Shown here: piece by piece, positions 29,265 to 38,561 of the stretch
How positions within the stretch are numbered: position 1 is the stretch's first letter
Layout of the letters: each line of letters starts with the position of its first letter
Virus record (IMG/VR): IMGVR_UViG_3300048924_000191
Coordinates: 124,001-188,000 of that record
Reading direction: 5' to 3' (one strand)
Length of the DNA: 64,000 bases
The notes under the pieces: model-generated
The model's database searches: none
What the model was told of the DNA's origin: nothing
Seen by the model: only the letters and a program-made list of their open reading frames with translations
Made by a program: the position numbers and the translations under genes

Positions 29265-29768
29265 TCACTGTTTACCGTTACGTTGAGCCTCAGCGATCGC
29301 TCGCTTAAGCTCTTCAGCTGTCTGTGCGTCTTTCTGTGCACCCGGCCTGTAGCGTTTGATCATCCGATCCAACACGTACTTAGGCCATTCCAACAGCGTG
29401 TGTACCGATGTGTTTGTCATCTCGGGGATTCGACAGGAGACGAGCTCATCCATGAGCGCATACATCTTCGATTCTCCGTACAACATCTCCGCGTCGTGAG
29501 CGCCCACTACCGACATGATTCCGTCCGGTCCATCCACCTCGCCATGAGGGAACAGGCCGTAGTCGATATCGTACGCCTCCATCAACAACAGTTGAGCCGT
29601 CATCCCGTCTGGAGCCGAATGGTTCATGATCAAATCGAACGACTCGGTACCCTCTTGGAATGGCGAGATGCCATGCCCAAAGAAGGGAGCAGCGACGTGG
29701 TGTATCGTCGTGTTCCCTTCGTCGTCCACTACTTTCCGGAGTTCCGGATTTTGTGGCGGAGTAGGGTA
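29265..29768 (-). CDS. Tail-assembly chaperone-like C-terminal part (GT-type), predicted -1 frameshift partner of the upstream gene; alternative GTG start at 29729
   Basis: -1 frame is open from G_TTT_TTT (29774-29768); SVHTLLEWPKYVLDRMI resembles GT/T4 gp51-type motifs. Confidence 0.55.
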   Translation of the reverse strand, partial: YPTPPQNPELRKVVDDEGNTTIHHVAAPFFGHGISPFQEGTESFDLIMNHSAPDGMTAQLLLMEAYDIDYGLFPHGEVDGPDGIMSVVGAHDAEMLYGESKMYALMDELVSCRIPEMTNTSVHTLLEWPKYVLDRMIKRYRPGAQKDAQTAEELKRAIAEAQRNGKQ

Positions 29769-31465
29769 AAAAACAGCTCGACCGTATTGACTTGTACCAA
29801 CGCAGGATGGTTGGCAATGTCGTCACCGGTGATCGACTTCCCGCACTCAGGGTTCGGGCAGCAGGTCTTCGGAATGGCGAACACGGCCAGGGTCATGTCG
29901 TTGATGAACTTACGGATCTCGGCAACGATACGCTGAGTCTGACCACCGTCGGCAGACAGATCGATCAGTTCCTGGTCCACCGCCTGGTCAGCGGCGTACT
30001 GTTCGTCAGGATCAGTCACGAGACGAGTCACTACGGTCTTCGGCGGAGCGTCGATGGTAGGGACGTGTTCGAAGGCCACGATCCAGTGAGCGTACGCCAT
30101 GATCAGCGCGATGTTGGCCTGACGCTCGATGAAGTCTTCACGTTCCCCGCGGTTGGCGTTGGAAACGATCAGGTCTTTCGCACCGTTGGTCAGGTTGGAC
30201 ATCCAGCTGCCGGCGATACGCTTGTACTGAGCAATGGTCGGCACTTGCAGACGCAGCTTATAACCACCGCCCAGATCCACCAGACGAGAGATGTCTGGAC
30301 GGGTCATGTCCTGGTAGTTGCGGATAGTGGCAACGTCGTGACGACCGCTGCGCTTGGTCATGAAGTTCTTCTGGTGTTCGGACACCCGTTCCCAGCGAAC
30401 GAACAGACCACGGCGCAATTGGATCTTGCGACGTACTACGGTACCGCAACCACCGTTGGACTTCAGGCAAGGACGCTCAAGAACAAAGCCGTCCGGATAC
30501 ATCGAAGCAGCTACACTACCGGCCAGAGGTTCGAGGTCTGTCAGCAGGACGACTTTCTCGAGGTCGGCTCGGTTGGTCGTACCCAGAGTGGACGAGATAA
30601 CACGGTCCAGGCAGAACTCAATCACCGGAATGTTCATGTAGATCTCGCTGGCACTCAGCGAGTACCCGAGCGTATCACGCGCCTGCTCAATCTTCTCGAG
30701 TGCGATCTTGGTCTCAAGACGCAGACCTTCGATAGCGCCTGGAGAAACGGTCTTCAGGTGCATGCCGGTACTCCACAGCGGAGTTGGGAACTCACCGGAC
30801 ATGCCAAGCGCGCCGCGCATCTTCAGACGTTCGTTATTGGAGTTCTCGAACGAGGTCTTGCCTGGAGCCAGGATGTGTTCGCCCACTTGCGGCAGGTTGG
30901 TCCACTGGTCCTGTTCGAAGAGGTCTTTACCAAGACCGTGACGCGCCATCTTCCGGAAATAGGAGATGGCAGCCATCGCAGTGCGTTCTTTCTCAGTTAC
31001 GAACAGAACGGTACCGCGATCGTCGATCGGAGCGCCCAGCAAGTGTCCACCCTGACCGACATCTACCAGTTTCTTACGTTTGGCTTGATGCCGCACGATA
31101 GTCGTGGTGATGTGGGTGTAGATCCGGTCGAGCATCTCGTGATCGTCGTTACCGGCGATGAACGAGCCTTTCTCGAGCAGCTTGTCGAGCTCTTCTTCGG
31201 TCGCTTCTTCGAAGATCTCAACACCGATGTCGATGTTGGGACTGGAGGTCATCTCGCCGCCGAAGACTTCTTCTTGCGGTTGATCTTCCAGCTCTGGATG
31301 GGTCGGCATGTTCTCGAGTTCAGCGAGCTGTTTTGCCAACTTGTCTTCGATCTCAGCTGCCGTCGGCTTGGGTGCTGATACTTGCTCTGCAGCTGGTGTA
31401 GGTGCAGCTTCGGCTGGAGTCACCGGTACTTCAGCGCCAGTATTTTCGTTTTCGTTTTCAGTCAC
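29729..31465 (-). CDS. Conserved protein (phiKZ gp77-like) with T4 gp26/tail-chaperone-like Cys motifs
   Basis: Acidic N-terminus; YPDGF..RPC..GCG, LQVPTI, CPNPECG and terminal ELFFTL. Confidence 0.55.
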   Translation of the reverse strand: MTENENENTGAEVPVTPAEAAPTPAAEQVSAPKPTAAEIEDKLAKQLAELENMPTHPELEDQPQEEVFGGEMTSSPNIDIGVEIFEEATEEELDKLLEKGSFIAGNDDHEMLDRIYTHITTTIVRHQAKRKKLVDVGQGGHLLGAPIDDRGTVLFVTEKERTAMAAISYFRKMARHGLGKDLFEQDQWTNLPQVGEHILAPGKTSFENSNNERLKMRGALGMSGEFPTPLWSTGMHLKTVSPGAIEGLRLETKIALEKIEQARDTLGYSLSASEIYMNIPVIEFCLDRVISSTLGTTNRADLEKVVLLTDLEPLAGSVAASMYPDGFVLERPCLKSNGGCGTVVRRKIQLRRGLFVRWERVSEHQKNFMTKRSGRHDVATIRNYQDMTRPDISRLVDLGGGYKLRLQVPTIAQYKRIAGSWMSNLTNGAKDLIVSNANRGEREDFIERQANIALIMAYAHWIVAFEHVPTIDAPPKTVVTRLVTDPDEQYAADQAVDQELIDLSADGGQTQRIVAEIRKFINDMTLAVFAIPKTCCPNPECGKSITGDDIANHPALVQVNTVELFFTLLRHKIRNSGK

Positions 31466-31911
31466 GACGATGCCTCTTCAGTCGAAGATGGTTGCAGGAG
31501 TTCAGCGATCTGTTCGACCAGACCACCAGACACGTTCATCACCCGCTGGTTCAGCTCGATCGCCTCACCACCTACAGCAAAGCAACGAGTGTAGTGGTCG
31601 GCGTAATGGCGTGGGCGTGAGGGTCTGGATTGCAGAACCCGGTCTTGTTTTTCTTCCAGGCCTTTGAGTTCTTTCTTGAAACGTTCAGCGTCATCGTTGG
31701 CGGTGCCGGTAAGAACGAGGAGTTTCTTAATCCCATCCCGATCGCCGCGTGATGCCAGCACTTCGATACTGTCCGGCAACGTGCGGATGGACTCATCGAT
31801 CACGTCGATGGTTTCGCGCACAGCGTTTACCGAATTCTTGGTGTCTTCTTCAACTTGCGCAACATTGACCTTCTCGGTCGTATTGCGGCTGGTATAACGA
31901 CCGTCGGTCAT
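31462..31911 (-). CDS. Hypothetical helical/coiled-coil protein
   Basis: GAGG SD; GTGA overlap with next gene. Confidence 0.6.
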   Translation of the reverse strand: MTDGRYTSRNTTEKVNVAQVEEDTKNSVNAVRETIDVIDESIRTLPDSIEVLASRGDRDGIKKLLVLTGTANDDAERFKKELKGLEEKQDRVLQSRPSRPRHYADHYTRCFAVGGEAIELNQRVMNVSGGLVEQIAELLQPSSTEEASS

Positions 31912-31998
31912 GATTGGCCTCTACTATGAAGCGATTTGATTACCCATATATAGGGGCATAATTGTTCAATTTTTACGCACATCGATGGGAGCCGTCCG

Positions 31999-32910
31999 AT
32001 GGAAGAATCTGAGATCGTAGCAGCTGAAGGGCAGGACCTGCGTGGGGCGTATGCCAACGCTGCTACCGACATGATCGAAGAGCTGTGCTTCGGCCGTTGT
32101 GCCGAGGAATTGACGCGTTGTTACGTCCAGCTGAGTAACACCCTGTTAGGTTGCAACATGCCAGTCCACATGGACGAACTGGACATGCTGCGCAGCAAGA
32201 TGAACAGTCAGACCATCGACATCCTGGGCATTGTACCGGCGGTTGATGAGATCCTGCGGGTCGGTATTGCTCGCTCTCTGCTCAACCTGGGTATTGAGTT
32301 CGCTGACACCATCCGTATCGAAATGCTGGCTGAAGCCGCTGAACAGTTGTTGCTGTTCGATCCAACCGACAACCCAACGCTTATCAGCGAAACCATGGCT
32401 GATACCGAAGATGATGCAGACGCTCTCTGCCGTCTTCTGGAACTGATTGGTACGTACACCTACGACGATTGGTTTGAAGTCGTGGTTGACGTGGTGGATA
32501 CGTTCACCAAGAACCTGGTCAAGGTCTGCAATAAGGCTGAAGCATTCAACGAGTCGCCTGCTGGTGATCCTGAGTACCAGACCAAGTTGCTCCAGCGTAT
32601 CGGTCGGATGATGAAGGCCGCGGGCGATTCCTTCGCTGCTGACTTGGTTTCGAATCAGGTGGGTGTGGGTACTTCGCTCGAATCTCTGTATCAGGTGCAC
32701 GTTGGTCGTTATATCGACATGCAACCAGAGCAGGCGGTGGGTGAACTCTACGCATTGGCTGCCATGAGTTCTGAATCGTTCGAATCAGCTCAAGTCAGTA
32801 TCGGCAATTGCCTTGATGACCTCTACACTGACGGCATGGAGCGCGCTGCAGCCGAACGCGCCCGTGCTCGCATCCACGAGAGCTACAAGCCTGTCTTCGG
32901 GGATAACTGA
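31999..32910 (+). CDS. Virion-associated protein, phiKZ gp79-like
   Basis: Acidic 303-aa ORF coupled (TGATG) to the vRNAP gene. Confidence 0.5.
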   Translation: MEESEIVAAEGQDLRGAYANAATDMIEELCFGRCAEELTRCYVQLSNTLLGCNMPVHMDELDMLRSKMNSQTIDILGIVPAVDEILRVGIARSLLNLGIEFADTIRIEMLAEAAEQLLLFDPTDNPTLISETMADTEDDADALCRLLELIGTYTYDDWFEVVVDVVDTFTKNLVKVCNKAEAFNESPAGDPEYQTKLLQRIGRMMKAAGDSFAADLVSNQVGVGTSLESLYQVHVGRYIDMQPEQAVGELYALAAMSSESFESAQVSIGNCLDDLYTDGMERAAAERARARIHESYKPVFGDN

Positions 32911-34211
32911 TGGATAAGTACAACTTCTTCATCGGATCGATGAAGGCCAAGGCGCACTATCAGCGCCGTTGGATGCTCCGTGCGTTTACCGTGGTGTTGA
33001 CTCCTACTCGCAATGGTGGAGTCACACCGGAAGACCACTGGATGCTCCGCCACACTACACAGCACGTTGAAGTCTGTGTGCCGAACAATGGTCAGTTCGC
33101 CTGGGAAGTGCTGGAGGGCGCTAAGCCCTACGACATCCCGTTCGTCTACCACGATCCTGTTCCTCGGGTCATGGCAGGCGATGTAGAGAACCTCAAGCAG
33201 GACATCACTGACGCTACTTGGGGTGACCTGCTCTTCAACAGCCGTGTGCTCGTGTACGCAGCTGGCGAGAAGATCCCATACCGGATTGGTCCTATCGATC
33301 TCGGTAAGCTCGAGGAAGACATCATCTCGATCATGGTCTCCAACGTCCCTGAAGATCAGGAAGACGACAAGACCATCTACGTGCGCAACTACCAGCGCTT
33401 CGGGAAAGCGATCTCTGACCTTGCCGGTTATGAGATCTTCATCCCGTCCGTGACCGAGGCTGTTCTCCAAGCGCCCGCCGACAACGTCGAGCTGCGTGAT
33501 AAGTTGTTCGAGGAGAACAAGGACACGCTGGACGATCCGGTGACGCACGTCAAGATCCAAGATGCGCTGGTCAAGAACTACATCGACAAGTGCATCAAGG
33601 GAACTCCTGCCGAAGGCTTCCTCTACAAGACGAAGTCGCTCAACACGGCATTGAAGCGGATGTTCCTGATCCACGGTCCTGAGGCTGGGTTCAATGAGGG
33701 CGGTCGTGCCGTATTGGTACCGACCAGTCTTCAAGAACAGACCGACCTCAAGTACTACCCGGAGATGGTGAACTCGCTGCGTGCGGGTTCCTACTTCCGT
33801 GGTGCATTGACCGCAATGGCGGGTGAGGACGTTGACCTCTTCGGCCGTATCTTCCAGAACGCCAAGATCGTTCCTGGCTATTGCGGTACTCAGGATACGT
33901 GGTCGTTCCCGATCATTACGCGTAACCTGGGTCGTAACCTCCTCATCGATGGTGAGGTGGTGAAGATCACCCCAGAGAACATCGAAGGGTATCTGGGTAC
34001 CGTCCAACCATTGTTGTCTCCGATGTACTGTCTGACCGAGCACGGTGATATGTGTGAGGTGTGTGCGGGCAAGAAACTGACAGCATACAGGGATGGTGTG
34101 GGGTCCATGATGCAAGACATGCCGTCTACCATGATGGCCCGAATGATGGCTTCCGCTCACGCCAAGGCGCTCAAAACCGTGCGCCTGGACATCAAGAATT
34201 TCCTGAGGTAA
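32910..34211 (+). CDS. Virion RNA polymerase beta' middle subunit (phiKZ gp80-like)
   Basis: NSLRAGSYFRGALTAMAGE bridge-helix-like segment; YCGT..SPMYC..CEVCAG Zn site; MMASAH trigger-loop-like end. Confidence 0.85.
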   Translation: MDKYNFFIGSMKAKAHYQRRWMLRAFTVVLTPTRNGGVTPEDHWMLRHTTQHVEVCVPNNGQFAWEVLEGAKPYDIPFVYHDPVPRVMAGDVENLKQDITDATWGDLLFNSRVLVYAAGEKIPYRIGPIDLGKLEEDIISIMVSNVPEDQEDDKTIYVRNYQRFGKAISDLAGYEIFIPSVTEAVLQAPADNVELRDKLFEENKDTLDDPVTHVKIQDALVKNYIDKCIKGTPAEGFLYKTKSLNTALKRMFLIHGPEAGFNEGGRAVLVPTSLQEQTDLKYYPEMVNSLRAGSYFRGALTAMAGEDVDLFGRIFQNAKIVPGYCGTQDTWSFPIITRNLGRNLLIDGEVVKITPENIEGYLGTVQPLLSPMYCLTEHGDMCEVCAGKKLTAYRDGVGSMMQDMPSTMMARMMASAHAKALKTVRLDIKNFLR

Positions 34212-35786
34212 ATGACCATGGGCAGAAAGAACAGGAACCGGAACAACGATGAAAACCTTAAGGACGATCAGTCTCTGGACGGCACTGGAATTGAGTCTGG
34301 CGCTGAAAATGCAACAGGCGAGCTGGTGGAAGGAGTTTCGGAGCAGCCACTGGATGAAACACTCGATCCGGTAGAGGATGAGGTCATTGACTTCTCCGAA
34401 CTGCCTGAGACTCCAGTTCTGCTGGAACCGGGTAGTCATTCCGCCGACCACGTCGCTCTGCAACCGACCGATGACGAACTGATCGTACTCGACGGTGACG
34501 ACGTCGTAGCCGAGACGCCGGTTGTCGAGCAAGAGGGCGGGCGTTATAAAGACATCCTCCTACACCCGGAACTGGCAGCAAATCGGCCGGTGCCTGAAAT
34601 CGATCTGGAATACGCCGGTATGCCCGGACTACCTCCTCAGGAAGCCGAAGTAGTTCAACCAACACCTGAGGTCGACGCTCCGGTGGCTGAGTTGACTGAA
34701 CCGGAGCCAGAAACTCCGGAGCCTGAGTCGACTGCACCAGCAGTGGTCGAGACGCCAGAGCCTGAACCTGAAGCTCCTCTGGAAGAAGCAGTTGAAGACG
34801 CTGCGCCGGAACGTAACCTGCGTCTGGAGCTCGCTCATGTCCTCCCTGCTCAAGCCCTCAAGGCCTGGCCTGAGAAACACCTGGTCCTCTTCGAGAAGAC
34901 CGGTGCGTGGCCTGAGAAGACCCGTCGGGGCAACTGGTTGGAAGACATTCGTCGTCAGGCCAACTTGAAAGACTGGCAGACCAGCGAACTCGAAGACTGG
35001 CTCGATGGCAAGATCGCTACGCCTCGTGGTGTGGACTCCGATCTGATCGTCGACGAGATCTTCCGCCGGTGGCGTCTGCCTGGCAACTGGACGCTGGATG
35101 CGGTACGTGCCTTCATCGCTACCGGTGAGAAACCAGGGTACACCAAAGACGGTGTACTGATCGAAGACCGTACCCGCGACACCGCGCCGATCTCCCACTG
35201 GACCTATCTGGAACTGCGCGCTGCGCTGCTGGGTCAGATCGAAGTCCGTCACGAACGTAAAGATGTGGTCGCCCAGTTCCGTACCCGCCTGGGTCTGCGG
35301 GATAGCTACTCCGAAGAGAAGCTGCTGGCCGACCTCGACAAGTCTCAGACCGAGGTCAATATGGACATGGTTGTACTGAAACACAAGCTGGAAGAATACA
35401 AGACTGCGATGACGCAGCACGGCCCTCACCTGACCGAGGCTACCGCGGCCAAGGCTCAGCTGATGCTTTACAAGGTCATTCGTGACGTGATGAAGCAAGA
35501 CCCAGCAACCTTCGCTGAAGGCTGGCTGATCATCCTCAACTGGATCAACGTCGAGTACAACACCCTGTTCAACATGGGTCGTGCGTACTACGGCTGGAGT
35601 AAGATCAGTCTCTCCAAGCCTGCGCTGACCAGCTTCGAAGAACTGCTGGGTCTGATGATCGACACCCGCACCCCTGCTGCTCGCATGGCCGGTACTGGGT
35701 TCCGCAACGTCGAAACCATCCTGCGCCACATCCCGAGCGAGGAAGAGCGTCAGAATATCATTCAGTTCTACGCCAAGCCTTTCTAA
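34212..35786 (+). CDS. Hypothetical protein: acidic Pro-rich N-terminus, two Trp-rich repeats, helical C-terminal domain
   Basis: 524-aa ORF with strong codon bias. Confidence 0.65.
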   Translation: MTMGRKNRNRNNDENLKDDQSLDGTGIESGAENATGELVEGVSEQPLDETLDPVEDEVIDFSELPETPVLLEPGSHSADHVALQPTDDELIVLDGDDVVAETPVVEQEGGRYKDILLHPELAANRPVPEIDLEYAGMPGLPPQEAEVVQPTPEVDAPVAELTEPEPETPEPESTAPAVVETPEPEPEAPLEEAVEDAAPERNLRLELAHVLPAQALKAWPEKHLVLFEKTGAWPEKTRRGNWLEDIRRQANLKDWQTSELEDWLDGKIATPRGVDSDLIVDEIFRRWRLPGNWTLDAVRAFIATGEKPGYTKDGVLIEDRTRDTAPISHWTYLELRAALLGQIEVRHERKDVVAQFRTRLGLRDSYSEEKLLADLDKSQTEVNMDMVVLKHKLEEYKTAMTQHGPHLTEATAAKAQLMLYKVIRDVMKQDPATFAEGWLIILNWINVEYNTLFNMGRAYYGWSKISLSKPALTSFEELLGLMIDTRTPAARMAGTGFRNVETILRHIPSEEERQNIIQFYAKPF

Positions 35787-35788
35787 GC

Positions 35789-35838
35789 AAAAAAAAGAAA
35801 GCTACAGCCCGGGCGTAATGCCCGGGCTGTATGCCGTC
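35789..35838. terminator. Bidirectional hairpin (A-run / TATGCCGT)
   Basis: TACAGCCCGGGC-gtaat-GCCCGGGCTGTA-TGCCGTC. Confidence 0.85.
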
Positions 35839-36838
35839 AAAGCATGTACTGACGAGGGTCAGTCTTACCAGCACAGAACATCTCGAGGAAATGAACCGTG
35901 TGTTCAGGCGTATCCATGTCGTCAATTGGGAACGGCTTAGGGGCAAGACGTCGCGATGTAATACCTTCACGGATCTCGGCTTCTGGTTTATCTTCGCATT
36001 GTTTACAGGCGATGTAGCCGGTACCAATCCACCAGCCGTTCTTCATACTGCGCTTTTTCGTGAAGAGCGCTTTAGTGCAGCATTTGGGAAACCCGTAGTA
36101 GACGCCATGACAATACGCTTTATAGTCGGACTTCCTGACGTATACGGCGTAGAGCGTGCCCGTCGTCTCGTTGTATAGGACTATCTCCGAGCTCTCAAGA
36201 TCCTCTTCAACACCGTTACGTAACATCGAGTAGTGCTGTCGATGTAAATCGAGATACGTACCTTCTTCAAACGGTAGGTTGGTAAGTACTGCCAATCTTT
36301 CGATTTGTTCTGGCGTCACCTTACTCCCTTTCGGTTTACGGCCGTTGCTGGACAACTTACCTTTATGCGAAACTAACCGGTATATGTGCACATCACCCAC
36401 AGCGGTGGTATCAGGCGATTCAAAGACGGTACGTTCGAAGATCTTACCTCGAGTTTCCCGTTCCTGAGGTTCTTTGCCAAATAATAGCCATTCAATCAGA
36501 TCTCTCGCAACGTCATCGACCTGATGTTCGCTGTATTCGATGCGAGTTACTCGACCTACCGCCTGGTTCGAAGTACGGTCGTATTCACTGCTGGGACCGT
36601 AGTTGATTGCGATCCCGTCACACACTCGTTCTTCGGTCAGGTTTGCTGATCGTTTACTGCGGGTGGTGGCGAAATGCAGTCCGGTTACCGCAAGGGTGTT
36701 GAATCCCGTAACTTCAATAGCGTCATTCGACCCATCTTCATCTTCTGCATACTGTCCCCAAATGCTCAACATGCGTTCGTGAACACGTAGTGCTGTCTTC
36801 AATCCTGGACTCATGAAAATATACGGTCTATCCGACAT
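35837..36838 (-). CDS. Hypothetical protein with C-terminal Cys cluster
   Basis: YYGFPKCC..GTGYIACKQC; flanked by hairpins. Confidence 0.6.
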   Translation of the reverse strand: MSDRPYIFMSPGLKTALRVHERMLSIWGQYAEDEDGSNDAIEVTGFNTLAVTGLHFATTRSKRSANLTEERVCDGIAINYGPSSEYDRTSNQAVGRVTRIEYSEHQVDDVARDLIEWLLFGKEPQERETRGKIFERTVFESPDTTAVGDVHIYRLVSHKGKLSSNGRKPKGSKVTPEQIERLAVLTNLPFEEGTYLDLHRQHYSMLRNGVEEDLESSEIVLYNETTGTLYAVYVRKSDYKAYCHGVYYGFPKCCTKALFTKKRSMKNGWWIGTGYIACKQCEDKPEAEIREGITSRRLAPKPFPIDDMDTPEHTVHFLEMFCAGKTDPRQYML

Positions 36839-36853
36839 TTCTGCCCCCTGCAA

Positions 36854-36883
36854 CATAAAGCCAGGGCAGTAGACCTGCCCTGG
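36854..36883 (-). terminator. Hairpin followed by CTTTATG after helicase
   Basis: CCAGGGCAG-loop-CTGCCCTGG. Confidence 0.7.
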
Positions 36884-36886
36884 AAA

Positions 36887-38428
36887 TCAAATGGAAAATG
36901 GTGCCATGTCAGTGCATTGAGCCTTGACTTTATTCTTGAAGTAGTCCCTCTTGGCTTCGTGATACGTGACGTGCTTATCGATCGTCTGACATACGAAGTA
37001 ACAGAACTCCGCATCGACGTCCGGCCAGTCACGCAACGGTCGTGTGCGCAACATCGCCTGTTCGTTGGACTCCCACGAGTTCAGTGCGATCGTCATGAGA
37101 CTTACGCGCAGGTTCGGGATGTCTACCGCTGTACCGCAAGACAGCACGGTACTGACGATAATGTCAGCGTTCTTCAGGACCTCATCTTTGACCTTCTGCT
37201 TCTCGGTACTGACGTAGATACCGATCTTCAGGTGAGGCCAGAGTTTCTGTAGCTGCTTGACCACGACTTGGCAGAATTTGATCGTCGAACAGAACACGAG
37301 CATCTTCTGTCCAGGTGAGCGCACCGAGACGTACTTGATGTTCACGTAGTACGCAATCATATCCACGTACATCTTGAGACGATCGCGGTTCTTAGCCAGC
37401 TGCAGAGTTTCTTCGAACTTGGCGTGGTTATACGCCCCACCGTAGCCCGTGCACTTGATGGAGTTCATCTGCTTCAGCTGATACATGCAGGCGGTCACAA
37501 CGATGTACTTGTTGTAGTAGTCTGCCGTAAAGCGCTGAGACGTCGGGAACATCAGGTCGCGCATCCGAGTCTTGAATGGGTCCTGAGTTTCCAGGGTACC
37601 GGACAAGTTGACGAACTTGTGGATGTGCAGATACGAGAAGAACTTCATGATCGCATGCGTGAACTGGTGAGCCTCGTCCAGTACCCCAAGACCAATCCCC
37701 AACTTGTGGAAGAAGTCAATGGGGGCGATCGGATACATGTCCGTGGTGCCGTATTGCTCAAACGACTCCAGGTACAGCGATAGCGTCTTGGTCGAGAAGA
37801 ACAACGTCTTGGCAGCCAAACTACCTTCGAGCGCGTCCTCCATGATGGAGTTCATTGCCGAACCGCCGGAAATCTCCAGCAACTCTCCTTTCTTATAAAC
37901 GAAGGAGTCTTCCATGTCCGGAATCCATCGGTCGATGTAACTCGACTTCATGATACAACCGGTCCGCAGTTGAGTGCGGTACATGGCGTGTTTGGAAATC
38001 TCGGTCTTACCACCACCTGCTTGCAGGTTGATGATTTTGTTGTGCGGGTTATTGACATCGTCCAGGATGTGGTCGATGCATTTGATCTGGTGTTCTTTTG
38101 GGTCCCAGAGGTGCGTCTTCTCCAACTGGATGATTGAGCGCTCATCAACGACCGGCTTCCAACGAAACACTTTGATGTTCGTCTTAGGGACGCCGTAGAA
38201 CATGATGGTGCGCAGGAAGTCGTTTGCCAGATTGATGTGGAACCGTGCGTAGGTCCCATGCTCATCTCTGGAGTAGAATTCCTTGTCGGGTATCCAGTGT
38301 TTGCGTCCCCCTTCGTAGGACATCTTTTTGGACACGAGATTGCGCGAAACGTATTGTTCGATTGCGATACGCTCGTCTCGCGACATCTCGGTCACACAGA
38401 AGTTGTGACTGTATACGTCGATCCTCAA
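36887..38428 (-). CDS. SF2 DExH helicase (phiKZ gp75-like, UvsW/Rad25-like)
   Basis: LQAGGGKT, LDEAH, LSGT, GTAVDIPNL. Confidence 0.9.
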   Translation of the reverse strand: MRIDVYSHNFCVTEMSRDERIAIEQYVSRNLVSKKMSYEGGRKHWIPDKEFYSRDEHGTYARFHINLANDFLRTIMFYGVPKTNIKVFRWKPVVDERSIIQLEKTHLWDPKEHQIKCIDHILDDVNNPHNKIINLQAGGGKTEISKHAMYRTQLRTGCIMKSSYIDRWIPDMEDSFVYKKGELLEISGGSAMNSIMEDALEGSLAAKTLFFSTKTLSLYLESFEQYGTTDMYPIAPIDFFHKLGIGLGVLDEAHQFTHAIMKFFSYLHIHKFVNLSGTLETQDPFKTRMRDLMFPTSQRFTADYYNKYIVVTACMYQLKQMNSIKCTGYGGAYNHAKFEETLQLAKNRDRLKMYVDMIAYYVNIKYVSVRSPGQKMLVFCSTIKFCQVVVKQLQKLWPHLKIGIYVSTEKQKVKDEVLKNADIIVSTVLSCGTAVDIPNLRVSLMTIALNSWESNEQAMLRTRPLRDWPDVDAEFCYFVCQTIDKHVTYHEAKRDYFKNKVKAQCTDMAPFSI

Positions 38429-38518
38429 AGCCCATCTCCCGTAGTCTACAACGACCCAGCAGAGAAGCAGGGCCTATCATTCCATTAGTATCTCCCGTAG
38501 CTCCTTACTGTATTGGGC

Positions 38519-38560
38519 AAAAGAAGAAACACTAGGGGAGGGTTGCCCCTCCCCTAGTGG
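38519..38560 (-). terminator. Terminator after nvRNAP beta' C-terminal gene
   Basis: CACTAGGGGAGGG-loop-CCCTCCCCTAGTG plus T-rich tail. Confidence 0.8.
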
Positions 38561-38561
38561 A

